Notes: generated by a model not told the origin, from the letters alone. A DNA stretch of 48,347 bases from Methanomicrobiales archaeon (GCA_035506435.1 DATJPK010000166.1:1-48347), one strand, 5' to 3'; shown: positions 18,032 through 26,520, counted from the first letter of the stretch. Made by a program: numbers and translations.

Positions 18032-20644
18032 ATGGCCGGTTTTGTGGAAACCTTACAGAAAAACCAGCGTTACCTTGTCTGGCTCGCGCTCTTGCTCATC
18101 GGGATCCTCTGCCTCTGGATCCGGCTGAACCCCCTCTCCCATCTCCAGACCTATGCCGGCGGGGACGCCCTGAACCTCTCGGCAAGCGACGACCCCCTCT
18201 ACAACTTCCGGCAGGTGGAACTGATCATCCGCCACTTCCCGGCCTACCCGTGGTTTGACCCCATGACCCTCTTTCCCCAGGGCCAGACCATCTACTGGGG
18301 ACCCCTCTTCCCCACCATCGCGGCCGTCGCCTGCATGCTCCTCGGGATGACCACCCGGCCCGACATCGTCTTCCTCTCCCAGCTCATCCCGCCCGTGATG
18401 GCCGTTGCGATGGTCCCTCTCGTCTTCCTCATCGGGAGAAGGATGGTGGACTGGCGGACCGGCCTCATCGCCGCCCTCTTCATCGCCATCGTCCCCGGCC
18501 AGTTCCTCCAGCGCTCGCTCTTCGGGTACTTCGACCACCATATCGCCGAGGTCCTCTTCTCCACCCTCTTCTGCCTGGGCTATATCTCCATCCTCGTGTA
18601 CACGAAAAAGAACCCGGTCGACCTCTCGAAGCGTGAGACCCTCAGAACGCCGGCCATCCTTTCGCTCCTCACCGCGGTCGCGTACCTCCTCGGGCTCTTC
18701 ACCATGCCGACGATGATCCTGTTCGCCCTCATCGTGGCCGCCTTCACGCTCGTGCAGTACGTCTGGGACTTCTTCCGGGGAAGGTCGAGCGACTACCTCC
18801 TCCTTGCGAACACCATCATCTTCGGGGTCGCCATCCTCGGGCTTCTCGCCTTTGGGATCAAGCACCCGACCCTCGACCTCTCCCGGTATACCGTGGGCCA
18901 CATCTACGCGTACCTGATGATCATCATCGCGACCGGGTTCCTCGCCTGGCATGCGCGGTACATGAAGGGCCGGCCCTGGTTCCACCATGTCCTCTCCCTT
19001 GCCGGGGTCGCCGCGGCGGGCGCCGTCCTCCTCTTCGCCCTCCTGCCCGGGGTCTACAGCATCCTGATCGCGAGCCTCTTTGCCTTCTTCGGCACCCAGC
19101 CGGTCACCCTGACCGTGCAGGAGGCCCGGGGGTGGGACCTCCTGCTCGCCTGGCTCACCTTCCAGTACGGCCTCGTCCTCATGGGGATCGGCATCGCCGC
19201 GGTGATCTACTCGAACTGGCGCGAGGAGCACCCGGACCAGATCTACGTCCTTGTCTGGTCCCTCATCGTGCTCTTTGCCACCGTCCAGCATGTCCGGTAC
19301 GAGTACTACCTCGCCGTGAACATCGCCATCCTCTCGGCCTTTGCCGCGGGGATCGCCCTCGATCGGGGCTGGGCAGGCGCCCGGAGCCTCTTTGTGAAGG
19401 CGGCGGTACCCGAAGAGGAGCCCGAAAAGAAGACCCGCCAGAAGGAGGAGCGGGCGAGGCGGAAAGTGAAGCAGGGGGCGAAGGAGAAGAAGGAGAAGGC
19501 CCCGAAGCGCTCCCGGAGCCCGTGGATCCTCGCCCTCGCGGGCGTGACCGCGCTTGCCCTCCTGTTCACCTACTCGTCCCTTGCCTATGACGCGCTCTAC
19601 TCGCAGGGGACCATCATGAACGGGGACTGGAAGGAGTCCCTCGAGTGGATGGGCAACCACACCCCCGATCCCGGCGTCGATTACTACGGGATCTTTGATA
19701 AGGCCAATTTCACCTACCCGGCCAGCGCCTACGGCGTGATGTCCTGGTGGGACTACGGCCACCAGATCACCTTCATTGCCCGCCGGATCCCGAACGCAAA
19801 CCCCTTCCAGGCAGGTGTGGCGGGGCCGACCGGCGCGGCGGCCTACTTCATGACGCAGTCGGAGGACTATGCGAACATGGTCGCTGACAAGCTCGGCACG
19901 AGGTATATCGTCACCGATATCGAGATGGACAGCCCCAAGTTCTGGGCGATGGCGACCTGGTTCAATGCCTCGGTGAACGACACCGCCTACAACCCGGCGT
20001 ACTATGTCCCGTCGCAGACGACGGAAGGCCAGTACGAGGGCGTGAAGCTGAACAACCAGTCGTACTACGAGACGATGGTCTCGAGGCTGCACAACTTCGA
20101 CGGCTCGATGGCCGTTGCCTCGAAGGTGTACTACATCGAGTACCAGCTCCCCGAGGTGTCGGGCCTCGACGCCCCCCTGATCACAAAGGCGCAGGTCGTC
20201 GACGCGGGGGTCGCGAAGAACATGACCGCCTCGTACAACGCGAACGCGGCGCAGGGGACCCTCGCGAACGCCGTCTCCCAGGCCATCTTCCTCCCCGTGC
20301 AGGATGTCCCTGCCCTCCGCCATTACCGGCTCGTGCACGAGTCCCCGTCGAGCGTCTTCTCGAACATCACCTCCGACGTCCCTGACATCAAGTACGTCAA
20401 GGTCTTCGAGTACGTGAAAGGGGCCCACATCAAGGGGCAGGGCACCATCGCTCTCGACCTCATCACGAACCAGGGCAGGAAGTTCACCTACCGGCAGGAG
20501 AGCGTGAACGGCGAGTGGGTGGTCCCGTACTCGACGCAGGGGAACCCGTACGAGGTCATGGCCCTCGGGAAGTACCGGGTCGAGGGATCAACCCGGACCG
20601 TGGACGTCCCCGAATCCGCGGTGATGCAGGGAGCCACGGTCTGA
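18032..20644 (+). CDS. aglB: archaeal oligosaccharyltransferase AglB (STT3 family)
   Basis: In-frame ATG at 18032, preceded by GGAGAGGAGGA. ~13 hydrophobic segments, an EL1 SASDDPLYNFRQVE acidic motif, and the catalytic WWDYGH motif. Confidence 0.9.
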   Translation: MAGFVETLQKNQRYLVWLALLLIGILCLWIRLNPLSHLQTYAGGDALNLSASDDPLYNFRQVELIIRHFPAYPWFDPMTLFPQGQTIYWGPLFPTIAAVACMLLGMTTRPDIVFLSQLIPPVMAVAMVPLVFLIGRRMVDWRTGLIAALFIAIVPGQFLQRSLFGYFDHHIAEVLFSTLFCLGYISILVYTKKNPVDLSKRETLRTPAILSLLTAVAYLLGLFTMPTMILFALIVAAFTLVQYVWDFFRGRSSDYLLLANTIIFGVAILGLLAFGIKHPTLDLSRYTVGHIYAYLMIIIATGFLAWHARYMKGRPWFHHVLSLAGVAAAGAVLLFALLPGVYSILIASLFAFFGTQPVTLTVQEARGWDLLLAWLTFQYGLVLMGIGIAAVIYSNWREEHPDQIYVLVWSLIVLFATVQHVRYEYYLAVNIAILSAFAAGIALDRGWAGARSLFVKAAVPEEEPEKKTRQKEERARRKVKQGAKEKKEKAPKRSRSPWILALAGVTALALLFTYSSLAYDALYSQGTIMNGDWKESLEWMGNHTPDPGVDYYGIFDKANFTYPASAYGVMSWWDYGHQITFIARRIPNANPFQAGVAGPTGAAAYFMTQSEDYANMVADKLGTRYIVTDIEMDSPKFWAMATWFNASVNDTAYNPAYYVPSQTTEGQYEGVKLNNQSYYETMVSRLHNFDGSMAVASKVYYIEYQLPEVSGLDAPLITKAQVVDAGVAKNMTASYNANAAQGTLANAVSQAIFLPVQDVPALRHYRLVHESPSSVFSNITSDVPDIKYVKVFEYVKGAHIKGQGTIALDLITNQGRKFTYRQESVNGEWVVPYSTQGNPYEVMALGKYRVEGSTRTVDVPESAVMQGATV

Positions 20645-20652
20645 TCCCGGGT

Positions 20653-21627
20653 ATGCAGTGCGAGGCCATCACCGGCGAGATCTTCTGCCGCCACCACCTG
20701 GAAGGGCACCCCGAGAGCAGGGACCGGCTCAGGCGGGCCCTGTCCGGGGTCCCAAGGGCGGCCCGCAGGCTCGACCCCGTGAAGGCCGGGATGGAAGACC
20801 TTACGAGGGTACATACGCCGGGGTACCTCGCCTGGCTCCAGGGGATCGCCACTGGCGAATGCTACATAGACTTCAACACCTACATCTGCCCCGACTCCTA
20901 CGAGGTCGCCCTCCATGCGGCAGGGTCCGCCATGCTCGCCGCGGACGAGGCCCTCGACGGGCATGACTGCTTCGCGCTCGTCCGCCCCCCGGGACACCAT
21001 GCCGGCCCGGGCCAGGCCCGGGGGTACTGCCTCCTGAACAACGTCGCCGTCGCCGCGGCCCGTGCCCTCGGGTCGCTGGACCGGGTCGCCATCGTCGACT
21101 GGGACCTCCACCACGGGAACGGCACCCAGGAGATCTTCTATGCCTCGGACCGCGTCCTCTTCTGCTCCGTCCACCAGGCCGCCGGGTTCCCCGGCTCGGG
21201 CGGGCCAGGCGAAACTGGCACGGGACCCGGCAGGGGGTACACCCTGAACGCACCGCTCGAGGCCGGTTGCGGCCCGGCCGATTACCGGCTCGTCTTCTCC
21301 GAGGTCTTCTGCCCTGCCCTCGAACGGTTCGGCCCGGACCTCCTCCTCGTCTCGGCGGGCCAGGACTCCCTTGCCGACGACCCGAAGGCGGCGATGCGCC
21401 TCCTACCCGGCGACTACGGGACCCTTACCCGGATGCTCCGGGACACGGTGGACCTCCCCCTCGCCCTCGCCCTCGAGGGAGGGTACGGCCCCTCCCTCGG
21501 TCCGGCGGTGAGGGCCATCTTCCGGGCCCTGGGAGGGAGGGTGCCGGACGAGGAGCCGGGCCGGTCCCCTGCCCGTTCCACGGAAGAACTGGTGCGGGTC
21601 CTGAAACGGGTGCACGTCGGGCAATAA
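20653..21627 (+). CDS. histone deacetylase / acetylpolyamine amidohydrolase family protein
   Basis: In-frame ATG at 20653 (MQCEAITGEIF...), 8 nt after the aglB stop. RPPGHHA and DWDLHHGNGTQ Zn/active-site motifs. Confidence 0.85.
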   Translation: MQCEAITGEIFCRHHLEGHPESRDRLRRALSGVPRAARRLDPVKAGMEDLTRVHTPGYLAWLQGIATGECYIDFNTYICPDSYEVALHAAGSAMLAADEALDGHDCFALVRPPGHHAGPGQARGYCLLNNVAVAAARALGSLDRVAIVDWDLHHGNGTQEIFYASDRVLFCSVHQAAGFPGSGGPGETGTGPGRGYTLNAPLEAGCGPADYRLVFSEVFCPALERFGPDLLLVSAGQDSLADDPKAAMRLLPGDYGTLTRMLRDTVDLPLALALEGGYGPSLGPAVRAIFRALGGRVPDEEPGRSPARSTEELVRVLKRVHVGQ

Positions 21628-21638
21628 GACGTTTCCCG

Positions 21639-21661
21639 CCCGGTATCGGAGCCATACCGGG
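21639..21661. other. 8-bp-stem hairpin just after the HDAC-family stop
   Basis: CCCGGTAT-CGGAGCC-ATACCGGG. T-rich runs follow at 21713-21729 (possible archaeal oligo-T terminator). Confidence 0.4.
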
Positions 21662-21753
21662 AGAACCGTCCGCCGCCAGCCTCATTCCCTGATCCATGAG
21701 GATTGCGTGAAATTTTTCTCATTTATTTTGCGTAATCGCGTCTGATTTATATC

Positions 21754-21772
21754 AAAAGTATTATAATATATG
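21754..21772 (+). promoter_or_regulatory. TATA-box-like element with no annotated gene downstream
   Basis: AAAAGTATTATAATATATG inside a ~350-bp AT-rich gene-free island. The nearest downstream ATG on + is at 21787. Confidence 0.4.
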
Positions 21773-21786
21773 CACGCGAGTATCCT

Positions 21787-21912
21787 ATGTTGCCAGACAT
21801 GGACGATCCGGTCAGAGTGAGATCACTTCTCTGCACGCTATCACCTCTCATCCCCTGGGTCTCCCCGGCCTGTGCAACGGCGTCTCAAGTCCCGGATCTC
21901 TTTCATCCCTGA
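21787..21912 (+). CDS. candidate 41-aa micro-ORF (alternatively part of a small non-coding RNA)
   Basis: MLPDMDDPVRVRSLLCTLSPLIPWVSPACATASQVPDLFHP. Its ATG is ~20 nt downstream of the TATA-like run, compatible with a leaderless transcript. The stop lies inside the 21907-21930 hairpin. Third-position GC is about 61% by my count, lower than in neighbouring genes. Confidence 0.2.
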   Translation: MLPDMDDPVRVRSLLCTLSPLIPWVSPACATASQVPDLFHP

Positions 21913-21930
21913 AACTCTGGCGTTTCAGGG
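21907..21930. other. perfect 9-bp-stem hairpin between the convergent micro-ORF and ycaO
   Basis: CCCTGAAAC-TCTGGC-GTTTCAGGG. Confidence 0.5.
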
Positions 21931-21977
21931 GTCCGGGATTGGCCCACTGTTTCATGGCGGGAGTGTCGCCGGGTGGT

Positions 21978-23147
21978 TCAGTGCCGCCGGACCCGCTCCT
22001 TGTTGATGGAGGATACCTCGAGCCCCGGGACGACGACCCTGACCACCGGCACCGTCGTACGGGTGAGGTCGCAGACGCAGGCCCGCTCCACCATCCCCCC
22101 GAGCTTGGCGAGGATGAGCCGGATGTCGCCGCCGATGGTGGGGGTCGAGATATCGGGGAGGTCTTCCAGCCGGGCTGACGGGGCGGGGGCGAACCATTCC
22201 CGGTTCAGGCGCTTCATCCGGTCATAGCCGATGCGCTGGACAAAGGCTTCCCGGTCCTCCGATGCCCCCGCGCCCTGGATCCGGAGGGCACGCCGCTGGG
22301 CTACCTCCGTGAGCGCCTGGATGGCGGCCGCCTGCGGGGACGGGTGTGCCCCCGACCCCATCACGAGAAATGCCGGGTCCCGGGTCACCGGGTCGTCGGC
22401 CGCCGCGGCGATGGTCGGGACCCCGGTCATGCCGTCGGTGAGCCAGAGGGTGATGTCGATCCCTGCCTGCCCGAACCTCCCGAGCAGGTCCTGGACCGGG
22501 CCCGACTCCCCGACGGTGAGCCTCTTCCCCATCGAGTGGTTCCTCTCTGCCCGGGAGAGGGCGTCCCGCTCGATCACCTCGAGGAGCCCGGTGAGGATGG
22601 CCTCGTCCCGGGTGTTTCCCGCCGCGAGCCCGTTCGGGTCAGAGGCAAAGAGCCCCTGCGCCTCGCCGAGGGTGTTGTAGGGGAGGAACACGGCGTTGGA
22701 GGGGACCCAGACCTCGGCATGTTCCATGAGGTCATAGCCCGGGCTCCAGTGGATCTTCTCCCCGGACACCAGCGGCCGGGAGGGGAACAGCCCGGCGGGG
22801 TCGACCGCCCTCTTGAGGCCGATCTCTTCGTAACTCCCGGTTTTCATCGGGTCCCCCCGGTACTCGGCCGAATACCGCTCGATACCGGTCGCGAGGGCAG
22901 ACGCCATCGCCTCGTCGGCGGTCATCCCCCTCCCGACGTGGACCTGGGGGACCCCCGCCCCTGCCCTCCGCCGGACGAGGGCGAAGCAGGGGATGGCGTG
23001 CCGGTCCTTCTCGGTGCACTCCGCGAGGTCGAGGGCCCCGATCTCCCGCATGAGTGGCTCCATCCCGGCGACGGTTTCGGCCGGGTCCCTTGCCCGGTGT
23101 GCCCCGAGGAAGAACCGCTTTTCCCCGTCCCCGATGGCGAGCTCCAT
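21978..23147 (-). CDS. ycaO: YcaO-domain protein (methanogen 'marker 1' type, implicated in McrA thioglycine formation)
   Basis: ATGIERYSAEY and LLEVIERDAL YcaO ATP/Mg-binding motifs. ~390 aa stand-alone YcaO architecture. Confidence 0.9.
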   Translation of the reverse strand: MELAIGDGEKRFFLGAHRARDPAETVAGMEPLMREIGALDLAECTEKDRHAIPCFALVRRRAGAGVPQVHVGRGMTADEAMASALATGIERYSAEYRGDPMKTGSYEEIGLKRAVDPAGLFPSRPLVSGEKIHWSPGYDLMEHAEVWVPSNAVFLPYNTLGEAQGLFASDPNGLAAGNTRDEAILTGLLEVIERDALSRAERNHSMGKRLTVGESGPVQDLLGRFGQAGIDITLWLTDGMTGVPTIAAAADDPVTRDPAFLVMGSGAHPSPQAAAIQALTEVAQRRALRIQGAGASEDREAFVQRIGYDRMKRLNREWFAPAPSARLEDLPDISTPTIGGDIRLILAKLGGMVERACVCDLTRTTVPVVRVVVPGLEVSSINKERVRRH

Positions 23148-23170
23148 GCCGGGAGAGAAGGGGGGCTATC

Positions 23171-23180
23171 CTTTTATAGG
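23171..23180. promoter_or_regulatory. single TATA-like element shared by the divergent ycaO and small-protein genes
   Basis: CTTTTATAGG. Its centre (~23175) is 28 nt from the ycaO ATG (23147) and 28 nt from the in-frame ATG at 23203. Confidence 0.4.
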
Positions 23181-23187
23181 TGGCGAA

Positions 23188-23490
23188 ATGGATGATATCC
23201 TCATGCAGGCTGGAGAGGCGGCGGTCGGGATGACCGTCCGCTACCCGAGGACGGGGACAACGGGGAAGATCGTGCGGATCGAGCAAATCGAGCGGGACAC
23301 CTTTGCCGAGCTCGACAGCACCCACCTCCTCTACCGGACCGACCAGCTCATCGCCTTCGAGGCAAAGGGCGTGAAGGAGGAACGGAAGGGCGGCGGGGAG
23401 CTCGAGCAGATCGCAAAGGAGCGGGAGACCGCCCGGTCGGTCCAGTCCCAGTGGCTCTCGGCGGACGAGCTCTGCGACGGCGGCGGCTGA
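23188..23490 (+). CDS. small conserved-looking protein (100 aa; possibly DUF2098-like), ending in CDGGG
   Basis: In-frame ATGs at 23188 and 23203. GMTVRYPRTGTTGKIVRIEQIERDTFAELD... beta-rich core, then a charged tail ending ...LSADELCDGGG. Family assignment is from memory only. Confidence 0.65.
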   Translation: MDDILMQAGEAAVGMTVRYPRTGTTGKIVRIEQIERDTFAELDSTHLLYRTDQLIAFEAKGVKEERKGGGELEQIAKERETARSVQSQWLSADELCDGGG

Positions 23491-23500
23491 GCCGAAGGTA

Positions 23501-23923
23501 TCAGCCCTGCACGGGGATGGTGGTGAGCTTCACCGACTCCACCCCCTTCTGGGACATGAGCCGTTCGGCGACGTGCTTGAGCTCCGTTCCCTCGCCCCGG
23601 AGGAGGATGACCTCCAGGCACCGGTCATGGGTGACATGGGAGTGGAGCGAGGCCTGGATCACGTACCCGTAGTCATGCTGGATGTCGAGGAGGGTCTGCA
23701 TGAGCCCCCGCTGGGTATGGTCGTAGACCATGGTGATGACCCCCTGCCGCTCGCCCTTCACGTCGGACATCCACTCGTAGTGGGTGATGTAGGCCCGGAT
23801 GGCGTCCCTGATACCTTCCGAGCGGGAGGAGTAGCCCCGGATCGTGATGATCTCGTCGAACTTCTCGAGGAGGAGCTGGGGGAGGGATATCCCGACCCGT
23901 GAGAGATCGGTCTCGTGTTCCAT
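23501..23923 (-). CDS. nikR: nickel-responsive transcriptional regulator NikR
   Basis: N-terminal ribbon-helix-helix (RVGISLPQLLLEKFDEII...GYSSRSEGIRDAIR), plus a C-terminal metal-binding domain with a His/Cys cluster (HSHVTHDRCLEV). Confidence 0.9.
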   Translation of the reverse strand: MEHETDLSRVGISLPQLLLEKFDEIITIRGYSSRSEGIRDAIRAYITHYEWMSDVKGERQGVITMVYDHTQRGLMQTLLDIQHDYGYVIQASLHSHVTHDRCLEVILLRGEGTELKHVAERLMSQKGVESVKLTTIPVQG

Positions 23924-24124
23924 CGAACCACTGAACAGGGGATTTGGGTGGGGAGAAGTTCAAGATTTCGGGTACGGCCTGCCATCGTCGATCCACGCGG
24001 ACTCCGTCGGAACTGGCCACATCCCCCAGTCCAGGGGCGCCCGGGGTCCACCGGGCCCCGCCGCGCCTCTCGGATCAGGTATAAGTATACCGGAGCTATA
24101 TACGTTAGGGAGGTCTGAAGGCTT

Positions 24125-25360
24125 TTGCGGGACGTTACCATACCCGGGGTGAACATCGGGGTCGTCGGCCACGTCGATCACGGGAAGACGACGCTCGTTT
24201 CAGCACTCACCGGGGTATGGACCGACCGTCACAGCGAGGAGATCAAGCGGGGGATCTCGATCCGGCTCGGGTACGCCGACGCCACCTTCTTCAGGTGCGA
24301 CGGGACGGATAACCCCGAAGGGTACTCGACGAGCGCCGCGAACCCCGCCTGCGGCGACAAGGCGGCCCCCTTCCGGACCGTCTCCTTCGTCGATGCACCC
24401 GGCCACGAGACCCTGATGGCCACGATGCTTTCGGGCTCGGCCCTCATGGACGGGGCGATGCTCGTGATCGCTGCGAACGAGCCATGCCCCCAGCCCCAGA
24501 CCAAGGAGCACCTGATGGCCCTCTCGATGGTGGGGATCAGGAAGATCGTCATCGTCCAGAACAAGATCGATGTCGTCACCCAGAAGGAGGCAATGGTCCA
24601 CTTCGAGCAGATCCGGGCCTTCATCAGGGGGACCGTCGCCGACGGAGCCCCGATCGTGCCCGTCTCGGCCCAGAAGAGGATCAATATCGGGGCGCTGATC
24701 CAGGCCCTCGATACCACCATCCCCGAGCCCGAGCGGGACCCGTCTGCATCGCCCGTGATGCTCATTGCCCGGTCCTTCGACGTGAACAAGCCCGGCTCGA
24801 GCCTGAAGGACCTGCGGGGCGGCGTCATCGGAGGCTCCCTGATCCGGGGAGTGCTCCACGAAGGAGACGACTTCGAGATCCGGCCAGGGATCTCGATGCA
24901 GGTGGAGAACCGGACGAAGTGGGAGCCCATCGTGACCCAGGTCACCTCCATCCAGACGGGATCGAAGCGGGTGGCAGAGGCGACCCCCGGGGGGCTTCTC
25001 GGGGTCGGGACGAAGCTCGACCCGGCCCTCGCGAAGAGCGACGCCCTCGCGGGCCAAGTGGCGGGCCTCCCCGGGAAGCTCCCTCCGGTCCGGGACCGGC
25101 TCCAGTTCCAGGTGACGCTCATGGAGCGGGTCGTCGGGTCCGAGAGCGAGGTGAACGTCGAGCCCCTGAAGATCAAGGAGCCCCTCATGCTCTCGGTGGG
25201 GACGGCGGTCACGGTCGGGCTCGTGGCGAACGTGAGAAAGGACCAGGTCGAGGCGGTCCTGAAGCGGCCCGTCTGCGCCGAGGCAGGGGCCCGGATCGCC
25301 ATCAGCCGGCAGGTGGGCGGCAGGTGGCGGCTCATCGGGATGGGAGTGCTGGGCGAGTGA
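24125..25360 (+). CDS. eif2g: translation initiation factor aIF2 gamma subunit
   Basis: GTPase motifs [15 protein letters not shown] and NKID. Start uncertain (TTG 24125 or GTG 24149). Confidence 0.9.
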   Translation: MRDVTIPGVNIGVVGHVDHGKTTLVSALTGVWTDRHSEEIKRGISIRLGYADATFFRCDGTDNPEGYSTSAANPACGDKAAPFRTVSFVDAPGHETLMATMLSGSALMDGAMLVIAANEPCPQPQTKEHLMALSMVGIRKIVIVQNKIDVVTQKEAMVHFEQIRAFIRGTVADGAPIVPVSAQKRINIGALIQALDTTIPEPERDPSASPVMLIARSFDVNKPGSSLKDLRGGVIGGSLIRGVLHEGDDFEIRPGISMQVENRTKWEPIVTQVTSIQTGSKRVAEATPGGLLGVGTKLDPALAKSDALAGQVAGLPGKLPPVRDRLQFQVTLMERVVGSESEVNVEPLKIKEPLMLSVGTAVTVGLVANVRKDQVEAVLKRPVCAEAGARIAISRQVGGRWRLIGMGVLGE

Positions 25361-25740
25361 AGGTCCTCCTCGACACGAACGCCTTCCTCATCCCGGTCCA
25401 GTTCGGGGTCGACCTGGTCCGGGAGCTGGAAGGGATATTCGGCGCCTGCGAGCTCCTCACCCTGGAAGGGGTGGTGCGTGAGCTCCGGGGCATCGGCTCC
25501 GGGAAGGGCCGGGACGCACCGGCGGCGCGGGTGGGGCTCGGCCTCGCCGGCCGCTGCACCGTCCTCCCCTCCCCAGAGGGCGGCCCCCGGGACGTGGACA
25601 GCGAGGTAATCCGGGTGGCGGAGGATGCGGGGTGTGTCGTCGTGACGAACGACCGGGCGCTGCGGAACTCCCTCCTTGAAAAGGGACTCGGGGTTGTGAC
25701 CCTCAGGGGCCGGAAACGGCTCGAATTCATCCGTGGGTGA
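25357..25740 (+). CDS. PIN-domain protein (Fcf1/Utp24-like, COG1412-type)
   Basis: GTG start forms a GTGA overlap with the eif2g stop. [10 protein letters not shown]...VVTNDRALR acidic PIN residues. Conserved position after aIF2-gamma. Confidence 0.8.
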   Translation: MKVLLDTNAFLIPVQFGVDLVRELEGIFGACELLTLEGVVRELRGIGSGKGRDAPAARVGLGLAGRCTVLPSPEGGPRDVDSEVIRVAEDAGCVVVTNDRALRNSLLEKGLGVVTLRGRKRLEFIRG

Positions 25741-25751
25741 GGTTGGAAGCC

Positions 25752-26333
25752 ATGTATTTCAAGATGAAGCTCGTGGACAAGGTGCGGGTGCCCCCGAACC
25801 GGCTGGGGGAGCCCCTGAACGCGGTGGTGTTAAACGTCCTCCAGCAGCAGCTCGAGGGGGCCATCGACCGGGAGATCGGCATCTTCATCGCCGTGACGAA
25901 GATCCTCTCCGTCGGAGAGGGGGAGCTCATCCCCGGCGACGGGGCGGTCTACTACGACGTGACCTTCGAGGCGCTCGTGCTCCGGCTCGCCCTCCAGGAG
26001 GTCATCGAGGGGGACGTGGTCGAGACCACCACCTTCGGGTGCTTCGTCTCGCTCGGCCCCATCGACGCGATGCTCCACGTGAGCCAGATCTCGGACGACT
26101 TCATCAACTACGACGAGAAGAACGGCCGGCTCATCTGCCAGGAGTCCAAGCGGTACATCGGCGTGGGGGACGCGGTGCGGGCCCGGGTCGTCACCCTCTC
26201 GCTGAACGAGCGGGAGCCCCGGGAGAGTAAGATTGGCCTCACGATGCGCCAGGCGGGCCTCGGGACCCAGCGCTGGCTCGCCGAGGACCTCGAGAAGGAG
26301 CAGGAGAAGGTGAAGAGCCATGGTGGTGCGTAA
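25752..26333 (+). CDS. rpoE: DNA-directed RNA polymerase subunit E' (Rpo7)
   Basis: In-frame ATG at 25752 (MYFKMKLVDKVRVPP...). S1 domain with FGCFVSLGPIDAMLHVSQI. Confidence 0.9.
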   Translation: MYFKMKLVDKVRVPPNRLGEPLNAVVLNVLQQQLEGAIDREIGIFIAVTKILSVGEGELIPGDGAVYYDVTFEALVLRLALQEVIEGDVVETTTFGCFVSLGPIDAMLHVSQISDDFINYDEKNGRLICQESKRYIGVGDAVRARVVTLSLNEREPRESKIGLTMRQAGLGTQRWLAEDLEKEQEKVKSHGGA

Positions 26334-26520
26334 GAAGCAGGCCAACGTCTGCCGGCAGTGCCACCGGGTGGTGGAGGGGGAGGCCTGCGCCGTCTGCGGG
26401 TCGCCGCTCCTCACCCAGGACTGGGCAGGCTACCTCGTCATCATCGACCCGGAGCACTCCGAGATGGCGAGGCGGCTCAATATCAAGCTCGCCGGACGCT
26501 ACGCCCTGAAGGTCCGCTGA
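26320..26520 (+). CDS. spt4: transcription elongation factor Spt4 (RpoE'')
   Basis: 66 aa. Zinc ribbon CRQC...CAVCG, then DWAGYLVIIDPEHSEMA. Overlaps rpoE by 14 nt. Confidence 0.85.
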   Translation: MVVRKKQANVCRQCHRVVEGEACAVCGSPLLTQDWAGYLVIIDPEHSEMARRLNIKLAGRYALKVR

